A stretch of DNA of 64,000 bases from Myxococcales bacterium (GTDB taxonomy: Bacteria; Myxococcota_A; Polyangia; Polyangiales; DASUME01). Shown one piece after another: positions 10,367 to 19,596 of the stretch (position 1 is the stretch's first letter; every line of letters starts with the position of its first letter). Where the stretch lies: positions 8,576,001-8,640,000 of the forward strand of contig JASGJH010000001.1 of NCBI GenBank assembly GCA_047601445.1, read 5' to 3'. The notes under the pieces are model-generated. The model worked only from the letters and a program-made list of their open reading frames with translations, was not told where the DNA came from and ran no database searches. The position numbers and the translations under genes were made by a program.

Positions 10367-11317
10367 ATGATTCGGATTCTCTGGTTCTTGCCCCTACTGC
10401 TGTCGCTGGCCTGCGGCTCCAAGGCGCCGCCCGCGCCGGTGGTCGGCCGGGCGGAGCGCCACGTGGGGCCGCTCCACCACTTGGTGGTCCCGGGGGTTCC
10501 CACCATGCTGGTGGCTCAGCCCAAGGTGCTGCTCGAGTCCCCCTCCGTGCGCTCGCTCTGGCGTGCCATGGTGGCCGAGGACCATGAGCGTGCCTTCGCG
10601 CAGCGCACCGGGGTCGATCCTTTGCAGGTCTCCGAGTTCGTGGCGCTCGAGGTGCCGCCCCACGGCTACATCGTGATGGCGCGTGGTCCGTTCGATGCCG
10701 ACGACGTGGTGAAGCGGGCCGGGCAGCGCATCGCCGTCCTCGACGTCACCAGCGACGAACCCATGGTGCGCCGCGAGGGGTTGCGTGGGGACGGCCGCTA
10801 CGCCTATGCGAGCCTGGATTCCCACGCCATCCTGGCCGCCAAAGACGCGCCCCCGGACCTGGTCGGCGCCATGTTGCGCCGCACCCAGGACGCCAAGACG
10901 CCCAGCGCGTTCGATGCGCCGGACGCCGAGTCCCTCGAGGCGGCCCACGTGAGCGCGCCGCTGGTGGTATTCCATCTGGCTCCCATCGGCTTTCAGCCAG
11001 GCACGCCCATCGCGCTGCTTTTCTCGCGCCAGCGCTCCCTGGCGTTGGCGGTGAGGCCTGCGGGAACCATGCTCGCCGTGGCAGTCGACCTGCGGGGCGA
11101 GTTCCCACCGGGCGCCGAGCACAACTTTCGTACGCTGGTCCACAGCATGGGGCGAGAGCCGTTCGGTGCCTCGCTCGGCCTCACACAGGTGGCCGAGGGC
11201 ATGGGCGTGCGCTCCGACGAGCAGGGAGTGCTGCTTACGGCGAACCTGGAGAGCACCGCCATCGAGAGCACACTCAAGCTGATGTTTGCCCAGGAAATGC
11301 GCGAGTTGTTCGACTAG
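10367..11317 (+). CDS. Hypothetical lipoprotein
   Basis: Lipobox SLAC; GAGGG RBS; coding-like composition. Confidence 0.75.
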   Translation: MIRILWFLPLLLSLACGSKAPPAPVVGRAERHVGPLHHLVVPGVPTMLVAQPKVLLESPSVRSLWRAMVAEDHERAFAQRTGVDPLQVSEFVALEVPPHGYIVMARGPFDADDVVKRAGQRIAVLDVTSDEPMVRREGLRGDGRYAYASLDSHAILAAKDAPPDLVGAMLRRTQDAKTPSAFDAPDAESLEAAHVSAPLVVFHLAPIGFQPGTPIALLFSRQRSLALAVRPAGTMLAVAVDLRGEFPPGAEHNFRTLVHSMGREPFGASLGLTQVAEGMGVRSDEQGVLLTANLESTAIESTLKLMFAQEMRELFD

Positions 11318-11386
11318 GGGATGCCCTACAAAGTGTCCCCACAATCGGTCGCGTGGCCGGGAGTCCTCTGCTACACCCTGGCGGCC

Positions 11387-11893
11387 ATGTCGAAGCGGAA
11401 CGGCAGCCTCTTCCAAGTCGGCGACCGCGCGGTGTACCCCGCCCATGGAGTCGCGGAAGTCGTCGCCATCGAAAGTCGGGATCTGTCCGGTGCCCAGAAG
11501 GACTTTTACGTCCTCAAGGTTTTGCACTCCGAGATGAAGCTCATGGTCCCCGTCGACGGCGCCGACCGCGCAGGTCTGCGTCGCATCGTGACGGCCGAGA
11601 CTGCCGAGCAGGTCTTCGACGTGCTGAGGTCGACCGAGGTCGCGGTCAAGCCCGGGCCCTGGAACCGCCGTTTTCGCGAGTACACCGAGCTGGTCAACAG
11701 CGGCAGCCTGATGGAAGTGGCCAAGGTCTTCCGCGACCTCTGGCGCATCCGCCCCGATCGCGAGCTCTCGTATGGCGAGCGCCGGTTGCTCGAGCAGAGC
11801 AAGACGCTGCTGGTGGCCGAATTGGCGTTGGCCCAGAGCCTCGAGCAGACGGCTGTGGAAAGCGCCCTCGAGGGCGCCGTTGCAAAGGCCTGA
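11387..11893 (+). CDS. CarD/CdnL family RNA-polymerase-binding transcription factor (no HMGA tail)
   Basis: FQVGDRAVYPAHGVAEV, MKLMVP, WNRRFREY (conserved Trp), LSYGERRLLE. Confidence 0.92.
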   Translation: MSKRNGSLFQVGDRAVYPAHGVAEVVAIESRDLSGAQKDFYVLKVLHSEMKLMVPVDGADRAGLRRIVTAETAEQVFDVLRSTEVAVKPGPWNRRFREYTELVNSGSLMEVAKVFRDLWRIRPDRELSYGERRLLEQSKTLLVAELALAQSLEQTAVESALEGAVAKA

Positions 11894-11939
11894 GGCGCAA
11901 GGCGCGAGGCGCGCCAAGGCGTGAGGCGAGAGTGATTTC

Positions 11940-12608
11940 ATGGATTTGAGCTGGCTCAAGCGCGACGAACACGGACTCGTGACCGTGGTGGTTCAGGACC
12001 GCATGAGCGGCCTGGTCCGCATGGTGGCGCACGCGAACGAAGAGGCGGTGGCGGCCACTTTGAGCACGCGCCTGGGACACTTCTACAGCCGTTCGCGCAA
12101 GCGACTCTGGAAGAAGGGCGAAGAGAGCGGCCACGTGCTGCACGTGCACGAGATCTGGGCCGACTGCGACGCGGACTGCCTGGTGTACCTGGTCGACCCG
12201 GAAGGCCCGAGCTGCCACACCGGCAGAGAGACTTGCTTCTACTCACGGGTAGCGAGCGACGGTACGTTGCAGCCCGATACGGGCGATCTGGCCGCACCCG
12301 TCTTTCCGCGGTTGTGGCGCGAGCTCGAGGCGCGCCGCGATGCGCCGGCGGAGCGCAGCTACACGCGCTCCCTGCTCGACAAAGGCGCCTCCAAAATTGC
12401 AGCCAAGCTGCGCGAGGAAGGCGACGAACTCGCCCGCGCGGTGGAGTCCGAGAGCGACGAGCGCGTGGTCAGCGAGAGTGGCGACGTGATCTACCATCTG
12501 CTGGTCGGGCTCTTGTTGCGTCAACGCAGCCTTCGGGACGTCCAGGCGGAGCTGGCCAAGCGCTTTGGTGTGAGCGGCCACGACGAAAAGGCCTCTCGTT
12601 CGAAGTGA
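11940..12608 (+). CDS. hisIE: Bifunctional phosphoribosyl-AMP cyclohydrolase / phosphoribosyl-ATP pyrophosphatase
   Basis: FYSRSRKRLWKKGEESG, DCDADC, SCHTGRETCF, SYTRSLL, KLREEGDEL. Confidence 0.95.
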   Translation: MDLSWLKRDEHGLVTVVVQDRMSGLVRMVAHANEEAVAATLSTRLGHFYSRSRKRLWKKGEESGHVLHVHEIWADCDADCLVYLVDPEGPSCHTGRETCFYSRVASDGTLQPDTGDLAAPVFPRLWRELEARRDAPAERSYTRSLLDKGASKIAAKLREEGDELARAVESESDERVVSESGDVIYHLLVGLLLRQRSLRDVQAELAKRFGVSGHDEKASRSK

Positions 12609-12729
12609 GCGTCGGATGGAGGCCGAGTTACCTCGGTGTCCCGACGCCAGCATCTCCAGCCGTGGGCTGTCCTACCAATCGGGCCTGTCGATTGGACTGA
12701 GCGCGCCAGCTCCGGCAGTATCGAGCTCG

Positions 12730-13455
12730 ATGAAAGCTTTCCCGAAGCTCCTCGTGGCGATGTCAGCTCTCCTGGCCGCCTGCAGCGGCAGCGGTGTCGA
12801 TGGTGCCCCTCCCGGCGAGGAGGCTCCACTCACCGGCTGCGAGTGCGGGCTCGACTGGCAGATCGACAACCTCGCCGTGTGCGTGGTTCGGCAGACCGGG
12901 TTCACGCAGGCATCCGTCTACTCGTCGCACCTGGACACGAACGGCATCCAGCACTGCGATCCGGCTCGCACCGCACCTCAGCCGGTGCCCGCCGACGCCT
13001 GGAGCGCCAACCGCGTCAAGTCGGCCTGCGCAGGCACCGGCACGCTGTGCATCGCGCTCAAGCAGGGGATGATGGATGCGGACGGCGGCGTCAGCTCCTC
13101 GTGCACGCTCCTCGAGCACTGCTCCGAGATCGACTACACAACGCCCAACGAACCGCTCGAGCTCCCGCCCCTCGCGGCCTGGTCGGTGGCCGACGCCAAC
13201 TGCGCGAACAGCTACGATCAGGGCGCTGGCTTCTACGAGTTCAACCTGACTAGCGACGCGTTCAGCTGCGGCGCAAAGAACCCAACGCTGATCAATCGCC
13301 GGCCGGCCTGTCCGCCGGGCTGTGATCTCGAGCCGGCTGGCACTCCGCGTTGCGCGGTGTGTGACCTGTGTCCGGCGGACTGCGCCGAGGGCTCCACCGA
13401 AGAGCGCTGCATCAACTGCGGCGGCACGGGCAGCGGCGCGGTGGCCTCCTTCTAA
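12730..13455 (+). CDS. Hypothetical cysteine-rich lipoprotein
   Basis: MKAFPKLLVAMSALLAAC lipobox; many Cys residues, with a Cys-dense C-terminus. Confidence 0.75.
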   Translation: MKAFPKLLVAMSALLAACSGSGVDGAPPGEEAPLTGCECGLDWQIDNLAVCVVRQTGFTQASVYSSHLDTNGIQHCDPARTAPQPVPADAWSANRVKSACAGTGTLCIALKQGMMDADGGVSSSCTLLEHCSEIDYTTPNEPLELPPLAAWSVADANCANSYDQGAGFYEFNLTSDAFSCGAKNPTLINRRPACPPGCDLEPAGTPRCAVCDLCPADCAEGSTEERCINCGGTGSGAVASF

Positions 13456-13482
13456 AAAGGTCCCCTTTTCTCGTGTTGTCTC

Positions 13483-13673
13483 CGGTCTTGGCCGGCGCTT
13501 CGTAGGCGCGGGCGTTGGAGCGGCGAGAGCGCGCGCCTTGTCGAACCAGCGTCCTCACAGGTGCGCCGGCCGCTCAACCGCAACCGACTCCCATCGAAGC
13601 ATCCGCACCGAGCGACAAGGGGCCCTCTCGTCGTTCCAGCGGCCCCGCGCCTACGAAGCGCCGGCCACAACCG
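13483..13673 (+). repeat. Long imperfect inverted repeat (~60-bp arms, ~70-bp loop)
   Basis: 13483-13543 pairs with 13613-13673, e.g. GGCCGGCGCTTCGTAGGCGCGGG / CCCGCGCCTACGAAGCGCCGGCC. Confidence 0.85.
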
Positions 13674-13822
13674 AGCGCCACAGGAAGGAAGGACGGAGGA
13701 GGAGAGGAGGGGTGGCGTTTTGCGAGAAAGCATGGATGCTAACGTGTGCCGACCGTGGGCCCGATCGGGGCACATCCTCGGCTCAAGAGTGACTCACTCT
13801 GTTGCAACTGCGTGGAGAATCC

Positions 13823-15322
13823 GTGACAAAGCAAGCTCTGCCGGGCCCCGTCGCCGCCGTCGACCTCGGCTCCAACAGCTTTCACATGGTCATCGCGCGT
13901 GTGGTGGACGGCCATTTGCACGTCGTCGATCGCATGCGTGAGCGTGTCCAACTTGCTTCGGGTCTCGGCGACGATGGCAACGTGTCTCCCGAAGCGGAGA
14001 CGCGCGCCTTGGCGTGTTTGGAGCGCTTTGGTCAGCGCTTGGCTGGCATGCCGGCCGACCGCGTGAGCGCCGTGGGGACCAACACCTTTCGTCAGGCCAA
14101 GAACCGGCGCACGTTCCTGCGCAAGTGCGAGGCGATGCTCGGACACGAAATCGACGTGTTACCCGGGCGCGAAGAGGCCCGCATCTTGTTTCGCGGCGTC
14201 GCGCACGACCTGCCCGCGATGGAGGGGCGTCGCCTGGTGGTCGATATCGGCGGCGGCAGCACCGAGTGCATCCTCGGTGTGGGCGAGGAAGCCCAGCGCA
14301 TGGATAGCCTGCAGATGGGTTGCGTGTCCTACTCCGAGCGCTTCTTTCCTGACGGCAAGATCACCCGCGAGCGCTTCAAGCGCGCGAGCATGACGGCGCG
14401 CCTGGAGCTGGAGCCCATCGAACGGCTCTATCGTCGCGTGGGCTTCGAGGAGGCCGTGGGTTCTTCGGGCACGGTCACCGCTATCGAGGGCCTCTTGCGC
14501 GCCATCCCGGCCATGCAGAGCGTGTCGGGCATCACCATGACCGGCATCAAGCTGCTGCGCGACTCGATGATCGAGAAGGGGCACTTCGACAAGCTGGACT
14601 TGCCGGGGCTCTCGCCCGATCGCCGCAACGTGATCGCGGGCGGCGTGGCCATCTTGCACGCGGTGTTCAAGAGCTTCGGCATCGAGCGCGGGATGCGCGT
14701 GTCGAAGTCGGCCCTGCGCGAGGGGCTGCTGCTCGAGCTGGTGGGCGGTCTCGGGGACGAAGACGTGCGTGAGCGCACCGTCACGCGCCTGCGCGATCGC
14801 TACGCCGTGGACATCGAGCAAGCGCGGCGCGTGGAGGAGACGGCGCAGGCGCTCGCGCGGCAGCTCGAGATCCAGTGGCAGCTCACGGGTCGCGAGCTGC
14901 GCATGCTCAACTGGGCTTCGCGCCTCCACGAGATCGGTCAAGCGCTGAGCTTTGCGGGCTATCACCGCCACGGTGCGTACATCATCGCCAACTCGGACAT
15001 GCCCGGATTCAGCGAGCAGGGCCAGGCCTATCTCTCGGCGCTGGTCGGGGGCCACCGTCGCGCCTTCGACCCAGACAAGCTGCAGGCCCTGCGCCTCGTC
15101 GATGGCGAGCGCGCCGTGCGCGTGGCGTCCATTCTGCGCATCGCCGTGCGCATCAACCGCGGACGCGAGACCGTGCCTACGCCGCTGGTGCGCGCCACCG
15201 ATCAGCGGCTCGAACTCGACTTCCCCGCGGGCTTCCTCGACACCAGCCCGATGACCCGCGGTGATCTGGAAGAAGAGCAGGTGCTCATGAAAGCGGCGGG
15301 CACCGAGCTCATCTTCCGCTGA
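13823..15322 (+). CDS. ppx: Exopolyphosphatase / Ppx-GppA family phosphatase
   Basis: AVDLGSNSFHM, VGTNTFRQAKN, GREEAR, VDIGGGSTE, ALREG, C-terminal HD-like LHEIG. Confidence 0.93.
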   Translation: MTKQALPGPVAAVDLGSNSFHMVIARVVDGHLHVVDRMRERVQLASGLGDDGNVSPEAETRALACLERFGQRLAGMPADRVSAVGTNTFRQAKNRRTFLRKCEAMLGHEIDVLPGREEARILFRGVAHDLPAMEGRRLVVDIGGGSTECILGVGEEAQRMDSLQMGCVSYSERFFPDGKITRERFKRASMTARLELEPIERLYRRVGFEEAVGSSGTVTAIEGLLRAIPAMQSVSGITMTGIKLLRDSMIEKGHFDKLDLPGLSPDRRNVIAGGVAILHAVFKSFGIERGMRVSKSALREGLLLELVGGLGDEDVRERTVTRLRDRYAVDIEQARRVEETAQALARQLEIQWQLTGRELRMLNWASRLHEIGQALSFAGYHRHGAYIIANSDMPGFSEQGQAYLSALVGGHRRAFDPDKLQALRLVDGERAVRVASILRIAVRINRGRETVPTPLVRATDQRLELDFPAGFLDTSPMTRGDLEEEQVLMKAAGTELIFR

Positions 15323-16252
15323 TCAGCCGGGCGGCATCAGCACGCCGTCGATCACGTGGATCACGCCGTTGCTGGTGACGATGTCGGGCAGCACGACCTT
15401 GGCGTCGTTGACCTTCACGCCGTTGCTGAGGTCGACGGTCACGTCGGCGCCGTTGAGCGTCTTCACAGCGCCGGCTTTCAGCTGAGTCGAGAGCACTTCG
15501 CCGTTCACGACGTGGTACGTGAGGATCGAGGTCAGCTGGTCTTTGCTCAGTGAGTCGAGCGTCCCCGCGGGCAGTTTGGCGAACGCGGCATCGGTGGGCG
15601 CGAACACGGTAAGCTTGGCCTCCGGGTTGCTCAGAGCGTCGGCGAGTCCGGCCTTGGTGGCCGCACTCAGGAGCGTGCCGAAATCTCCGGCGTAGCTGGC
15701 GGCCTGCACCAGGTTGGGCGGCAGCAGCACCTTGTCGATCACGTGGATCACGCCGTTCGATGCCTGGACGTCCGCGCTCGTGACCTTCGCGTCGTTGATC
15801 GTCACGTCGCTGCCGAGCTTGACGAAGGCGCTCAGGCCTCCGAGCGTCTTCACAGGGCCTGCCTTCAGATCGCTGGACTCCACCTCGCCCGCGACCACGT
15901 GGTACTTGAGGATTGCCGCGAGCTCGTCGTTGCCTAGCGAAGACAGGGTGCTCTCACCCAACGCATCGAACGCCGCGTCGGTCGGTGCGAACACCGTGAA
16001 GGGACCTGGGCCGGCCAGGGCTTGGTCGAGGCCCGTCGTGGTCAGGGCCTGAGCGAGCGTCTTGAACGTTCCCGCCGCGGCCGCGGTCTCCACGATGTTC
16101 TTGTCGCCCGCGGGATTTCCGGCGTCGCCATCACCGTCGCCGCCCGCGTCCGCCTGCGCTTGGCCGCCGTCATTGTCGTCGCCACAAGCCGCGGATCCGG
16201 CCAGCGCTCCCAGGGTCAGCAGCAGGCGAAAGCTCCATCGCGTCGTCTTCAT
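15323..16252 (-). CDS. Lipoprotein with two fasciclin (FAS1) domains
   Basis: Lipobox SAAC; two copies of TVFAPTDAAF...LxYHVV...NGVIHVID; GAGGAGGA RBS before ATG 16252. Confidence 0.93.
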   Translation of the reverse strand: MKTTRWSFRLLLTLGALAGSAACGDDNDGGQAQADAGGDGDGDAGNPAGDKNIVETAAAAGTFKTLAQALTTTGLDQALAGPGPFTVFAPTDAAFDALGESTLSSLGNDELAAILKYHVVAGEVESSDLKAGPVKTLGGLSAFVKLGSDVTINDAKVTSADVQASNGVIHVIDKVLLPPNLVQAASYAGDFGTLLSAATKAGLADALSNPEAKLTVFAPTDAAFAKLPAGTLDSLSKDQLTSILTYHVVNGEVLSTQLKAGAVKTLNGADVTVDLSNGVKVNDAKVVLPDIVTSNGVIHVIDGVLMPPG

Positions 16253-16310
16253 CGGGTCCTCCTCGAGCCGGGCCGCGCTGTGCGGAACCGGTCGAGGCAA
16301 TAGGTAGTAG

Positions 16311-16367
16311 TTCGTTCAATGTTTGTCCAATGTTAAAGGCGCGAGTTTGTCTAAGCTTTGTTTGAGC
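16311..16367 (-). promoter_or_regulatory. Putative CarH/CarA operator: two pairs of 11-bp direct repeats upstream of the fasciclin gene
   Basis: Minus strand TCAAACAAAGC-TTAGACAAACT...TTGGACAAACA-TTGAACGAACT; TnnACA-type cores spaced exactly 11 bp apart within each pair, in an AT-rich island. Confidence 0.7.
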
Positions 16368-16455
16368 GCGTGGAGGCGCATCAAAGCCCAGTGATTCTCA
16401 TGACTTGACCTAGTGAGTCGCCGGGTTTGCGGGGATGTCGAGCGCTTCGACGTGC

Positions 16456-17364
16456 TCAGTTCGTGGGCACGTCGAGCAGCAGGCCAATCTGCTGGCGGCT
16501 GGCCTCGCGGTCCGCCGAGGCCACCACCGCGCCCGCGCCCTCGAGCTCCTTACGCAGCAGTTGCGCCGCGCTGCCGCCCACGATCCAGGGCACGCCGGCC
16601 ACGGCCGCTGCGTAGTCGTGGATCAACTCCGTGGCGCGTTCGGTATCGGGCAACATCGTGCTGGAAAGACCCACCAAGCTCGGTTGCAGTCGGTGGATCG
16701 CCGTGGCGATCGCTTCGGGCGGTGTGCGCGCGCCGAGGATATGCGGACGATAGCGCCACTCCACGAAGCGAAAGGCGGCCATGTACAGCGGCAGCACGTG
16801 CTCCTCGTCGGCAAAGCATGCCAACACCACTTCGCCGACGGGCCGCGAAGGGCCTGCGAGTCGCACCAGCTGTCGCATCGACGTGAAGATGACCTCGGAG
16901 GCCAAGTGCTCCTGGGCGACGCCGATCAGTCCATTTTCCCAGTCGTTGCCGATCTGCACGAGCGCCGTGGAGAACACCTGCTCCACGACACTCGAGGCAT
17001 CGCCGAGCATGAGCGAGCGCTGCACTTCGTGCTCCAGCTGCTCAGGGCGCATGCGGCGCGCTGCGTCGATCAGGCGCGCCGTGGCGGCTTCGAACGGGCT
17101 CTCGTGCGCGGGTTCTTCCACGCTCGGCGAAGCGTACGGCTCGCGCACCATCTTGGAGGCGTCCACCGGAGCGATGCCCTTGGCGCAGAGGTCGCGCATG
17201 CGCCGCACGCATTCCACGTCGTCCATGCTGTAGAGCCGATAGCCCGACGCCGTGCGTACGGGGGTGGGGACCGAGTAACGGCGCTCCCAGGCGCGCAGCG
17301 TGGCCTCGGGAACTCCCGTCAGCTCTGCGACCGCATGGATCCGATAGCGCCCCTGGCTCTTCAA
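16456..17364 (-). CDS. MerR-family, cobalamin-binding transcriptional repressor (CarH/CarA/LitR type)
   Basis: YRIHAVAELTGV...TLRAWERRY...RTASGYRLY (MerR HTH); W-x9-EH (WENGLIGVAQEH); ExHxxP...SxT...GG B12-binding signature. Start uncertain (TTG 17364, or up to 17409). Confidence 0.92.
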   Translation of the reverse strand: MKSQGRYRIHAVAELTGVPEATLRAWERRYSVPTPVRTASGYRLYSMDDVECVRRMRDLCAKGIAPVDASKMVREPYASPSVEEPAHESPFEAATARLIDAARRMRPEQLEHEVQRSLMLGDASSVVEQVFSTALVQIGNDWENGLIGVAQEHLASEVIFTSMRQLVRLAGPSRPVGEVVLACFADEEHVLPLYMAAFRFVEWRYRPHILGARTPPEAIATAIHRLQPSLVGLSSTMLPDTERATELIHDYAAAVAGVPWIVGGSAAQLLRKELEGAGAVVASADREASRQQIGLLLDVPTN

Positions 17365-17401
17365 GGCTTCTCCCCGCCCCGTGGCCCCACGACGAACCAG
17401 C

Positions 17402-17434
17402 TCAGGCAAACTCTAGCCAAACATTGTACACGTT
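17402..17434 (+). promoter_or_regulatory. Putative CarH autoregulatory operator: three tandem 11-bp direct repeats
   Basis: TCAGGCAAACT-CTAGCCAAACA-TTGTACACGTT; cores at 17403, 17414 and 17425 (11-bp period); similar to the repeats at 16311-16367. Confidence 0.6.
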
Positions 17435-17498
17435 GACCCCGTGGTCGAGCGACCTTCCTTGTGGCAGACCTGGGGCCCTGCCAGAGGAGCCCCAAGAA

Positions 17499-17828
17499 AT
17501 GCAGCAGAAAGCACCGGAAACCTTCGCGGACGTGGAGGTCGTGACCAAGGCCAACGTGTACTTCGATGGAAAAGTGGTCAGTCACACCGTCCGGTTCAAA
17601 GACGGCTCCAAGAAGACGCTCGGCTTGATCTACCAGGGTACCTACCATTTCGGGACCGATGCCCCGGAGGTGATGCAGATCGTGGCCGGCAGCTGTCGCG
17701 CCAAGCTCGACGGTGAAGCGGAGTTCCGGAGTTATCCCGCAGGGACGGCCTTCAAGGTGCCCGGCAAGTCTGGCTTCGACATCGCAGTGGACGCGGGGAT
17801 CGCCGAGTACGTCTGCTCGTTCGAGTAG
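17499..17828 (+). CDS. ppnP: Pyrimidine/purine nucleoside phosphorylase (DUF1255)
   Basis: KANVYFDGKVVSH, KKTLGLI, YHFGTDAPEVMQI, FKVPGKSGF, EYVCSF; GAGGAG RBS. Confidence 0.92.
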   Translation: MQQKAPETFADVEVVTKANVYFDGKVVSHTVRFKDGSKKTLGLIYQGTYHFGTDAPEVMQIVAGSCRAKLDGEAEFRSYPAGTAFKVPGKSGFDIAVDAGIAEYVCSFE

Positions 17829-17909
17829 CCAGAGGTGGGGCAAGCTCCCCCGAGAAGCGCGTGACTTTTGCGGGCGCTTTTTGACCGCGTTTCGCGCTAA
17901 GACCCTGCC

Positions 17910-19589
17910 ATGGGCGACGTCGTCGAAGCCCGCGATTCCGCGGACGCTCAGCGCCACAGTCGCGCCGGACCGGTAAAGGCCTGGATCGAACCGGACCGCT
18001 GGGCCTTCGTGCGGGCTTTTCCGCTGCAGGCGGCGTCCACGGGGGCAGCGCTCCTGCTCTCGTTCGCGCTCGCGGTGGGGCTGCATCCCATCTTTTGGTC
18101 GCTCGCGGTGTTTGCCTGGTTCCGCCACGCCGCGGCCGAGGCGAGCCTGCGGGAGCTCTGGCGTGAGGGCATGTTGCATCCCGCGCGCGTGCTCAGTGGG
18201 GCAGCGTCCGGGCTGATCGCCACGTTGGTCCGACTCGAAGGGGAGCGCGGTGTTCAGGACGCGGTGGTGATCAGCCGCATCCCACGGCGTTGGGGCAAGC
18301 TGTCGCCACCATGGGGCGGGGAGCGCGCCGCCGTCGTAATCGCGGGGCAGCCGCCGCGCCTCAAGCCGCTGAGCGCAGACTTCGCGGTCGGGGACCTCGA
18401 GCGCGCGCGGCGCGCCACCGAGCGCATCCCCGAGCCGCAGTGGGAGGCGCTCAGCCGAGCGCTGGGTCAGCTGCCCGAGGTCAGCGAGGGAGTGCACCCG
18501 GTGCAGCTGGGGGAAGAGCCCTGGTACGGGAGCTTGCGCGAGGTAGAGGCCGAGGGGTCCCTGCCCGTGGTTCCCGATTCGGCGCAGAGCCACGTGTGGT
18601 GCGCTGGCTTGCCGTGCATCGAGGAGCCCGAGATGGTCGTCGCGGAGCGCACGCGTGTGCAGGGCTTCCGGCGGCGGGCCTGGCTGCGCGTGCTGTCGTA
18701 CGCGGCTTGCACCGCGCTGTTGCCGGCGGGCTTCGTGGTGCTGGTGGCGTATCAAGAGCTCGCCCGTGACCGCGCGCTCTCGTTCGTGGTGCTGGCGGGG
18801 CTCTTCGCGTTCGTGCTGACGCCGTTCGCGTTGCTGGCGATGCTGTCGTGGTTCTCACGCGTGCGGGCCTATGGACGCGACCTGCGTCAGGGGCGCGTGA
18901 TGCGCTTCGCGGGCATGCTTTCGAGCTTCGATAGCCTCGGCCTCGACCCCGATCTCGCGCATCTCACGCGGCGCGGTCTGATGGTGGCCGAGCCGGGCGT
19001 GGAGCAGGAGCTGGTGGTGCTCCCCGAGTCGCGCGAGCTGCTGTACGCCAACGGCAAGTGGGCCCCGCTCGGGCTGGTGTTGAGCGCGGAGCGGGTGGCC
19101 ATGCCGCCGGAGAGTCCATTGCGTGTGGCGTTGCCCGAGGACGTCGAGGCGCAAGCGGCGGAGGCCCTGGCCGTCGCGCGGCGACGCCTCACGGCTGCGG
19201 AGATCGAGGAGCTCGGCCGCCACGTTCAGGCACTGCGCGTGCCGGGACGGGTCTTCTGGGTGCTGCTGGGGTTCGCCTGTTTGGCTGGCTACTCGTGGCG
19301 CTTGCAGGACTTTGCGCTGCCGCCGCGCCCCTTGACGATCCCGTTCATGTTGCTGGCTTTCATGTTTGCCGCTCTGTTGCTCTGGCGCCGCGTGCGACTC
19401 TCGAATCGGCTCCAGCGCGACGCCGAACTCGGTTGGGTGCTCACGGTGGATCACGCGCCGACTGCGCCCGAGGGTGACACCGATCTGCCCGCCCAGGGGG
19501 TGGAGACGCTGCTGCACGGGCAGCTCGACTGGACCGTCAATCGGAGACCCGCCGCCTGGCGTCGCTTCGGGGTGCGGCGCCGCGCGTGA
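17910..19589 (+). CDS. Hypothetical membrane protein with three TM-hairpin modules
   Basis: Three pairs of hydrophobic helices, each followed by a soluble segment; no recognised motif. Confidence 0.7.
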   Translation: MGDVVEARDSADAQRHSRAGPVKAWIEPDRWAFVRAFPLQAASTGAALLLSFALAVGLHPIFWSLAVFAWFRHAAAEASLRELWREGMLHPARVLSGAASGLIATLVRLEGERGVQDAVVISRIPRRWGKLSPPWGGERAAVVIAGQPPRLKPLSADFAVGDLERARRATERIPEPQWEALSRALGQLPEVSEGVHPVQLGEEPWYGSLREVEAEGSLPVVPDSAQSHVWCAGLPCIEEPEMVVAERTRVQGFRRRAWLRVLSYAACTALLPAGFVVLVAYQELARDRALSFVVLAGLFAFVLTPFALLAMLSWFSRVRAYGRDLRQGRVMRFAGMLSSFDSLGLDPDLAHLTRRGLMVAEPGVEQELVVLPESRELLYANGKWAPLGLVLSAERVAMPPESPLRVALPEDVEAQAAEALAVARRRLTAAEIEELGRHVQALRVPGRVFWVLLGFACLAGYSWRLQDFALPPRPLTIPFMLLAFMFAALLLWRRVRLSNRLQRDAELGWVLTVDHAPTAPEGDTDLPAQGVETLLHGQLDWTVNRRPAAWRRFGVRRRA

Positions 19590-19596
19590 GCGTTTT

